The notes under the pieces: generated by a model
What the model saw: the letters and a program-made list of their open reading frames with translations, nothing else
Databases searched by the model: none
Told to the model about the DNA's origin: nothing
Assembly (NCBI GenBank): GCA_964304625.1
Contig: OZ199840.1
Coordinates: 6,489,440-6,553,439, forward strand
Length of the DNA: 64,000 nt
Direction: 5' to 3'
Source: Kudoa neothunni
Taxonomy: Eukaryota > Animalia > Cnidaria
Part shown: positions 55,201 to 64,000 of the stretch, in pieces
Layout: the number at the start of each line of letters is the position of its first letter
How positions within the stretch are numbered: the stretch's first letter is position 1
Translations under genes and position numbers: made by a program

Positions 55201-58200
55201 CATAAAAATGAGCGTTCTCATCCAAATTTAATATGTATTCCGGATTGTTTCTTGACAAAATCTCGGCAAAATTTCCCATCCATTGATAAATATATTTAAA
55301 ATCAGCGCTCTCCTTATCCGTTCAATTTGAGTTTTACAGGCCGTAACGCCTTCTGCATCGGTTAAACTAACATTCTCTTCCGTTAAAATCGTTTATTCAA
55401 ATATCTTTGATAATAAAACAAGATTATTCGATCATTAAAAAACTAGATAATATTATTTTTCCCTCGTTGAAACTACCCAATTGTACAGACTATTTTAATA
55501 TCCTTATATTTTCCGGGTTTAAATATTTTTCAAGATTTTGAAATTTTCGAATCTATGGTTTCGTCTTGTTTGGAAAAAATTCTAAAAATATTCAAATAAC
55601 TTATTTTAAATTATCGAACAATATTGAAGATAATATATGGTTAAACGAAACGTTTTACATTAACATCATTAACACCACTTAAAAACTTAAAAAGTTGTAG
55701 AAATAAATTATTTTTATTACATTATCCTTAGTTATTTGAGAATTTACAATACTTTTTATAGTGCATCCATCAAATTAATGGATTAAAATAAAAAAAATGG
55801 GTTACGCAATAACGGGACACGAGGTTTTTTCTAATTTGTTCGATATCCACTTGTTCAACATTTTTTTTGTATAATTATCTATTTAAGCATACTTAATGTG
55901 ACTATTATGTTTTGTTTAGTGAATTAAAGCACATAACTCCAATAAAGTTCAATTACGCAGTATCGAGGCACAACTTTTATCTATTTTTTTAATTTGACGA
56001 TAAAAAAATGCGAAAACCCAATTAATGATTTTATCAATTTCCAATTGAATACAGTAGGTAATTACTAATTCATACCACCAATAATTTATAATATTCTATT
56101 TTTTGTTAATATTATTAAATTAAACAATGTATTATAAAAATTTAATGTATATTGAACGACGGTTTTTTATTCAAAAATATACCTAATATCTATGTAATAC
56201 ATTTATCATTAATTCGTGATGCAAAATGATCTATACCAAATCAATCCACATTCTTGCATAAACTTACAAATAAATAGACATATATTATATTCCCAGAAAA
56301 TAATTTCATAAATTAAGTAAAGTAAAGAAAAATCTAAATACTTGAATTCGGTGAACGAGCTGCTACTCAAGAGAACCAAAACTATTACAATAATACATAC
56401 TGTTACTTGAATCATTTCTTCTTTAATCCCCGAACTAGCTGAAAACTTTACATTATCCAAATAAAAATAAAGTGGAAATCTACCCGACATTTTTATTTCA
56501 TTAAATTGTATCAAATAAAAGTCAGCATTGACTGACTCAGTAAGATAAAAATTCATTGAGAGAGAATGTGGAGTAAATGATCAATTATTAAGGTTTTATT
56601 TTGTATGGGCATGCGCGACAATTTATGTTGATACTTTTCTTTGGAATATGATTGTATTTATATGTTTATTTAATTTAAAAAAATAATTTAAGTACTTTCA
56701 GATAGTTTATTTTACTTTAAAAAGCACGATATAATATTACGCATCGACACGTAAAATGATAACAAACAACGATTATTTCATCAAACAGTTATCATGTATG
56801 TTTGTTGAATGCTCTCTACAGCTCTAAACTAATCAACATGATGATGAATCGTCATATTTTTAACAGTAAGTATAAGAGTTATTAGAATTTGAGGAGCTAT
56901 CGATGTATTCAAGAGAGAACGACGTGCCTATATCTATGTTGCGCTTGTAGGCTAGCATGGCATGTATTGTTGTTGGTTATTTATCCGATATTTATTCAAT
57001 AGAATTTTCTTAAATTTTAAAAAAATGAAGTATTTTGTTTTTTTAAATAATTTAAAAAAGATAAATGGGAGTAGATTTCCACATCAATTTTAATTATAAA
57101 GTCTTTTTATGTTAACATTTTTGATATATGGGAAGAAAATATTTAAATTTTGTTATTAAGGCTTTAATAAAGACAGAACAATACAAAAACTGGATAGGGA
57201 TTGTGTTCCATTTAAAGCTCTAATATTGTTGGCCAAATTGATTTGGCGTAGAAATCTACCTCATTATACTTAGAGGGTTTAACGGGATTTCTCTGAAAAA
57301 TTACATGATCATAGACATGTGCGAAAGTATAATATTTAAACCAATAAAGATAAAATAAGAAAAAAGATGACTATGATACTGATCAACATGTTTATGAACA
57401 ATTCCTTTGAACCCGATCAACAAAATATCTAAATTTTCTCACCAAGATCATTAAAAAAATTGTAGGTTTATAGGAGAATAATTATTATTCGAATGCGTGT
57501 AATATATGCTTAGAGAATTGAAATATAATTTAATTAAAAGGTAGATGCTTTTTTGAGCATCCATTGTTGTCGCCTCCGAAAATTAGCGCTACCTCGAATT
57601 TCAACGTAAGTGAAGTCTTTAATACTGATTTATGTACTAATTATTGAACAATTACAAGACGGCGTCCTTTTCCTAACTAAATCAACGTATAGTGTCACTC
57701 AGAATTATTCTCTATACAACTTAAATATTGCTTTCTAAAATATTATTTTAACATATTTAACAATTTGTATAGATTTATGAAAATTTACCACTGAATATTT
57801 ATAAAAATGGTTGTAAACAAATAATATTTATGTGAGCATTACTAATATGGTATAATTAGAGGTAAATAATGCTTAATTCGCTCTTTTTTCATATCCCAAA
57901 CGATTACAAATTAGAGGTAACCCACTGCATCACATATTATCTTCTATAAACTTCATACATTTGCAATATATTATTTAGATAAATTCGCATTAAAATTCTA
58001 AAAATATATAAAAATTTGTGCCAAATTTTTTAAGACATAATTTTTTATGATGCATAGGATGACGGATCTATGAAGCTTCATAATGATGTTAGATTGGAGC
58101 TTTCAAAACAAGGCAGCACCAAAATTAAAGATTTGAAATTTAGAAGTATGTGGTCAATGATATTCCTCAAGGACCAAGCATTGTTGGAAGAAGGAATAAT

Positions 58201-59883
58201 ACACAGGGAGACAACAGACGGCTGGCCTGCTCCGCTGCGTCTTTATACTTCACTAAAACCCAAATATAATGTTCCCGTCCTTAAAAAAAATCAATGCAAC
58301 AATTGGCCAAACGATAACTCATTCGTTCGGAGAAGAAGATTTTGTGATAAATATCAAAAGGAATTCCCTGATATTTGCGATTGTATGGGAATCTTCTTTT
58401 ACATTAAAATATTTCAAATTTTTATGTTAGCAATATTACATGATAGTTTGATTAGGCCAAAACTTCAAACCAATTGATTTCCAGTACAAGTCCTTGAAAA
58501 ATTCAAAGAATCTATCCTCATCGATTCATGTTGATGATATAAATTCAGTATTGGATATGACACCAATTGCCATTGTGTCTTCCTCTCGCCCCAAATACCT
58601 CATGCAATGTCTTCAAAGACTATTATCGATCAGTGGAACACGCAAAAACATGATCAAAATCTACACTGATTCTAAAAACCAAATGAATATTGAGATAGCA
58701 AAATTATTTGAGATTGATCTTTACTTCACTGCCAAGAGATGTGCACCACCTTGTGCTATCGCATTTGTAAAAAAGAATCATTCTTTCTCAGTTGATATTT
58801 AATAACTAATATTTTCTTATTTTTTAGCATTATAGATCCATGTTTTTGGATATATGCGAACAACACCCCAGAGCCCCAGAGATTATCATTATTGAAGAAG
58901 ACCTATTAGTTTCACTAGACTTTTTTTATTATTTTGTTCAAGTGCTTCCATCTTATCGAAAAGTCGACCATTATTATTGTGTTTCAGCTTGGAATGATCA
59001 GGTGTGAATCCTATCTATATCTAAAATTATAACTGTGCCTTAGTCATATAACCACACAGCTGGAGATTATAAAATGTTATATCTCACTCATACGATGCCC
59101 GGGCTAGGCTTTGCAATCAAGCGCTCCACTTTGGTTAACGACTGGTTACCAACTTGGCCCAAATCTCCTAAACAATTTGATTGGGATTATTTTGTGAGAT
59201 CGGATAGAATTCGAAAAGGAAGAGAATGTATAGTGCCTGACATTTCACGAACATTTCATTTCGGAGAAAAGGGTTATTCCGTAAATTTGATCAGTCAAAA
59301 AGTGCATTATAGCACTCGGCCGGCGGTCACTTACCAAGAGACTAATTTTGATATCTCATGGTTGGAAAACAATTCATATGAATCTTTGATCATTGATCTT
59401 ATCAAGTTAATAATTTATAACATTAGATCCAAACATTGGGACAACTATATCAATTTAATTTATCTACTCTAGGCACGCTAAACCGGTAGAGAGTAGTACA
59501 CTCACCGAAATTTGTGCTATTGGGAAAACAGCCTTTGATGACTACTATAACTCAAAACTCCATAACAAACCCCAAAAGCATGAGCCCTCAGATGGAATAA
59601 GCATTGACAAGCTACGCAAAAATACTCGCACGATTTATTTTCAAATGAGTAAAAGTTTTGATCAAAAATTATGGAAAAAAGTTTCTACGTAATTAAAAAC
59701 TATTTCTTCATTTCTATGTTATTTCATAGATGTTGGCACATTTGGACAATGGATGCAAGAGATTTCCACTTTGGAGCTCTACGTATTTGGTTTTCGGGGG
59801 TTCATTATATAGTAATCATGTGCCCTCTCTCAAAATATTGTGAATACAAACCAGAAAACATAACTCCTGTACCGATAGTTTAA
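52280..59883 (+). CDS. POMGNT1: POMGNT1 copy B, 9 exons, intron 3 expanded to 5279 nt
   Basis: Exons 52280-52299, 52341-52497, 52542-52778, 58058-58382, 58456-58766, then four exons offset +21669 from copy A. Same intron positions as copy A and an open frame (MPRINRKIIALFIFLLIVLSFLYY...KPENITPVPIV). Confidence 0.9.
53523..54052. mobile_element. hAT (Buster/Charlie-type) MITE, 530 bp
   Basis: Ends CTGGGATCGGCAACCT / AGGTTGCCGACCCCTG with a perfect 8-bp TSD CTTTATAG. Confidence 0.9.
54185..55970 (-). pseudogene. Decayed pogo/Tigger remnant
   Basis: Minus-strand RATMFITATMTEEKLQLHVI resembles the Tigger RxTVLLCANxxGEKLKPLVI motif. Pogo-type terminal motifs (tattgcgtaat...gggac; attacgcagtatcgag) at both sides. 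Confidence 0.45.
56200..57281 (+). pseudogene. piggyBac 3' remnant
   Basis: Degenerate ...YCYLNHFFF... segment in a DNFF-like context, and a right end gtagaaatctacctcattatacttagaggg followed by TTTAA. Confidence 0.4.
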
Positions 59884-61084
59884 TTCTATTTACTAATAAA
59901 TATGTGCTGAATGTAAAATAACTGGTTTTATCTTGATTACTCGCTCCTATGTCATCGAATGAATCCTTTCTATAAATACTTCATAAAAATTAATCGCAAT
60001 ATGAAACTTGCAGCCTAAATAGAGCATATAAAATCTAATAGACCAGAGTTGAATTCATTCAAGAAAACAAATATGGGACATAAATCAATGCAAATATTCT
60101 GGAAATAAAACTTTTTTTCCTTTAAGATAAACTTGCCGGCGAAACTTATTAGGCTGTGAAGTTCTAGTCGGTTCGATGGATATTGTATGTATTACAGTCA
60201 ATAAGGTGAAATTCCACGTCTTTATTTTCTATTTTAGTGCAGGAATTAAATCCACTAAATATCCTCGTCTCAAGTCGACCACCAACCAAACCTACCCTTC
60301 AATTTCAATAGAGTTGGTTCTGTTGAGTTTGCAAAAATTTTATTAACTAATGCACATCTGACGTTTCAAACATCTAACCCAACCCTCCAAAAATACAAAT
60401 CACTGTCTGCCTAATTATAAAACTTCTGTTATTTTTGGATTTGGTTATTGAAATGACTTACCCCGAAAGTAGGACTTAGCGAAACATTTAGAATAGGAAT
60501 ATTTTGAAATGCGATAAATTTATTTAGCCTTTTATATTTAATAAGTAATAATATTGATGAATTTTAAATATAAGATTACCCTTTATTCATAACAATAAGA
60601 AAAATATCTATCTTAAAAAACTAAATACACATCTTTTTCTTCCATTTTAAATATGTTTTAATCCAATATTAAAATCCCAAATCCATTTATTTTTCTATTT
60701 TTCAAAGAAGTTATAGTTTCATTGTATTTCTGTATAGTTTAACATTGAATATATATAGTTTAAATCAATAATTTCATTTTTTTTCAATTCAAGAAAACAT
60801 TAGTGAAAGAATCAGAGGACAAAATTTTTCCAACTTATTTGACGATTGTGTTGATTGACCTCTAACTACTGTGAAAGTGCACAAAACCAATAATATTTTA
60901 CAAATAAAAAATTAAATATAAAGTTTTATTCCAACTAAAAATGTTAATCGAGTTTCCAATTGATATTTCTTTAATTATACAACATAATTTGTGAATAGAT
61001 TTTTGAGATAAACGTAATTTTTATTGTATGTTATAGTGATAATGGAATATTTTCTTAAGCTCAAAGCTTTGGTATACAGTAAGG

Positions 61085-61788
61085 CAATGATGTTCAACCT
61101 TTTTGGAACCAAGTAACCCCAGAGATTGAAAATTTTTTAGCGGATCCTCACATAAAATTAAACCCAAATGAGGAAAATACAAGTTTGAAATTTGCATGCG
61201 TCCCCCACCAAAAAAATAACAGTGATACTTTCCAAGTTTATTTTGTATTCAAAATCAATAAAAACTAATATGATACTTGTGGTTGGTGACTTTGTCTTAC
61301 AACTACAATATTGGGATATTTGTTGTCTCCATGTTAAAGCGTTGAATCAAAGGCGATAACTTTTTGGGTATTGTTCATAGGTGAAAGCAAGCAGGAGTCA
61401 TTCACTTTCTTTTGTTTCAATTGCGACAGAACAACACGATCTCCGATATCGAAAAATGCTTGCTATGAAAAAAATTTTTAAAGGTAAAAGGTGAAACGAT
61501 AGCAAAATTTGATAAAATTTGGGCTCTTTTATTCAAAAACCGACTCAGATTCTTGAAGCATCGCTACCAGCATTCAATGGGTTCTTAACAAATTAAAAGG
61601 TTTAAAATATTTATTTTTAAAATTATTCTAAATTTAGGTACTTGTTATGAGAGTAATAATTAATTAAAATAGACGAAATTGTTCATATTCGACATCGCCA
61701 AACAAATCGGCAACATTTATTTAAATTTAGATGCCTGTACAAAATCTTCGTATGTATTCCTGCCGTAGAACCTGGTTAAAAACCATTG
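61085..61788. mobile_element. hAT (Buster-type) non-autonomous element, 704 bp
   Basis: Ends CAATGATGTTCAACC / GGTTAAAAACCATTG with a perfect 8-bp TSD CAGTAAGG. Confidence 0.85.
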
Positions 61789-63329
61789 CAGTAAGGTTTT
61801 GACATTGCGGAACTTTCTGTAACCTAACAATATTTATTCGATATCGAGTACCTGCTCAAACGCAATCATGAAATTTATTTTTCCAATAAATTATTATAGT
61901 TTCGAGTATTTATTTGTTTTTTAATCAATGTGTTTAAAATCTATTACAGGGCATAACTCAGTGTTTCTCAACGTGTAAAATTTTATCGGGCATAAACATT
62001 TTTAACGTTAAACGAATGACTCTGGTTAGCACGGAATATCTTAAACATTGATGACATTGATGTGGGATGGATAATGATGAGATAATTGGACAGTATGGCG
62101 CACCTTTAAATTAATATCTCCGTCTTCGATCTTTTTTATTTGTAAGTGACTATTAATGTCGTAAAACAATTATTAATTATATAAAAATTAATAACATTTA
62201 AAGAGACCTTTATCCTAACTGGAGCGGAATGGTTTTAAATCTAATCTTGTTTAATTTATAATCGTGACGCCCTCCAATTTTTTATTTAATCTAATGTATT
62301 TTGGACTAATTTTCTGTCCAGATTATCCATTCTCGGTCTATAAGCCCCGTATACACGTAAGTCTTGTCTAATGTGACATGAATTACCACGAGTTTTTTCA
62401 CTTAACGTTGTTTTAATGGAATGAAGTATTAAGATGTTAATTTTTGAAGTACATCGATAAATTAAGTTGATCTGACCAAAGACATCTTAATTTTAATGAA
62501 AAAAGATGGATATATTATTGTTTATTAAATTTTAATCTGACAGGAGGCTTGATTTAAAGTTATAATTAGTTAAAATAAAAAAACATACTTTCGAAAAAAG
62601 GGGGACACAAAACTTTTCTCCAAGAAAAAGTGGGGTATGATAGAAAAAAGGTTGGGAAGTGCTGCCCTGACGTATAGTATTATTTTTTGATTGGAAAGGG
62701 AAGTCATACATAACATATTCTTTTTTAGAAAATTAAAAAAAAACTCCTTTATCACCGGATCAAAATAAAAAAACAAATAAACTGCTTGAAAAATATAATA
62801 ATAGAATACGTCGTCTGGTTTCAACGACTTATTTTTCTGAATTTTAAGTTGATTCAACCATAAAACAAATAGTTGAGTATCTTTTATTACTTAATTCAAG
62901 ATGAAATACTTTTAATAAAATTAACAGAAATAATTTAGAGGCATTGGCTATTACCACGGGAATCAATTTCTCTGTAATTATTACCTCTATTAAATAACTA
63001 ATTTCACATTATTTATATTTTTCTCTATTAAATTATAAAAAATTAAGAAATTTGAGTTGGTTGTAAATTTATGGAAAATAGACGGCTAGTAGCATAAATG
63101 TTGGCGAGTTTAATAGACTAAAACAATATTAACTTTGAATTAATACTGAAAATAAATCATTTCTAATTTATTGCTTTGAGCTATACATGTAAACATAACT
63201 CCGCGTGTTATACGAGCTTGGTTAAACTATAACGAGTGATTCGAATTTAGACAATTTCCATGTTGGAATAAAATTTTATATTCAAGAGTATGAAAAATGT
63301 CATTTTGTGAATCTAAAAATTCGAGATTC

Positions 63330-63950
63330 AAGTAGAATTGACTCAGTGCAAAACCGGGTTAAGCGAAATATTAGAAAACACGCTAGTGTATTACGAAATA
63401 ACTTACGTGTGCTACTTTGGAGCCCTTTACCGAAATAGAGGTAAAGGCGAATGCAAAAGATTCTCTTAAGGGAGATTTCCCATTTAAGGTTACGTTAAGA
63501 GTGACTATAGATGGAAATTTCCTGGAGAATAGATCTTCTAACACTACCCATAACCATCCAAATGATCCATGGATCTATGAAAACTTACCCAATCAGAGGA
63601 AGTTAAACCAATGTGATGGCTATTTGTCGGAACTTCTTTCTCTTGGAGAAAACAAAAAGCTCATACAAGCCAAGATAAATGACGAGACAGACAAGAATAT
63701 ACCTTTGAAAACTACCCACAACATTATAAAATCCTCCTAAGTCGGATCGGATAACATTGCATTAGTTGTAAAAATTTTAAAGAATCAATGCAACTGCAAA
63801 GTGAGCGTTTTATCAGATGATAATAAAAATGTTTGTGGAATCTTTTCCAAGGATAAGCAGATGTCCAACATAATTAATTTCTTTCCGAAGCTACCCATGC
63901 TTGATGCAACTTATAAACTGCTAGACTCACGGTAACCTTTGGAGGTTTTC
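63330..63950 (+). pseudogene. Mutator/MULE (ZSWIM3/FAR1-like) transposase remnant
   Basis: YYEITYVC...PFKVTLRVTIDG...THNHP...YENLPNQRKL, then after a stop FFPKLPMLDATYKL, the context of the first catalytic Asp of MULE transposases. Confidence 0.7.
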
Positions 63951-64000
63951 TCTATTTGGTTGTTTTCTCAATTTATTAGTGCGCCATTGTATCCGTCCTG

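Larger units (their letters stand above)
52808..57929. mobile_element. ~5.1-kb composite insertion in POMGNT1-B intron 3
   Basis: Bounded by the direct repeat ACCCACTGCA (52808-52817 and 57920-57929). Ends CAGTGGTAGACC / GGTAACCCACTG are TIR-like. Removing it leaves a 167-nt intron loosely alignable to the 135-nt intron of copy A. Confidence 0.6.

Noticed and set aside
61959-62664. hAT-like ends CAGTGTTTCTCAAC and GGTTGGGAAGTGCTG as one element
   Set aside because: The flanking 8-mers (GCATAACT versus CCCTGACG) do not match, so these are probably unrelated fragments.
1-64000. CRISPR arrays, rRNA, prokaryotic operons or defence systems; the ISXO2-like ORF as bacterial contamination or HGT
   Set aside because: No regularly spaced repeats or rRNA motifs were seen, and the genes contain spliceosomal introns. 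The ISXO2 similarity is explained by the eukaryotic Merlin superfamily (GG-starting TIRs and 8-bp TSDs are seen here).

Overview
AT-rich eukaryotic DNA, almost certainly from an animal (POMGNT1 and a claudin-superfamily gene are present). Most introns are short GT-AG introns of about 39-135 nt, and the proteins are very divergent. This fits a fast-evolving, possibly parasitic lineage, but that is inference and the species cannot be named from the sequence. Host genes: an intronless TAM41; a claudin/PMP22-like gene with a probable hidden 51-nt in-frame intron; a 14-exon DDX19/DBP5-family DEAD-box helicase carrying a ~500-aa Ser/Pro/Gly-rich, Phe-spaced, nucleoporin-like N-terminal extension; and two same-strand POMGNT1 paralogs showing patchwork gene conversion. 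There is also a weak orphan-gene candidate near the left end. Roughly 30 kb is decayed or nested transposons: pogo/Tigger, three piggyBacs with defined ends, Merlin (ISXO2-like) elements and MITEs, Buster-type hAT MITEs, non-autonomous Helitrons, a MULE, and a 4.0-kb Mag-like Gypsy LTR element. A near-perfect 682-bp inverted repeat extends about 615 bp beyond the TIRs of a decayed Merlin element. No CRISPR, rRNA or convincing tRNA was seen. All gene models and alignments were made by eye.
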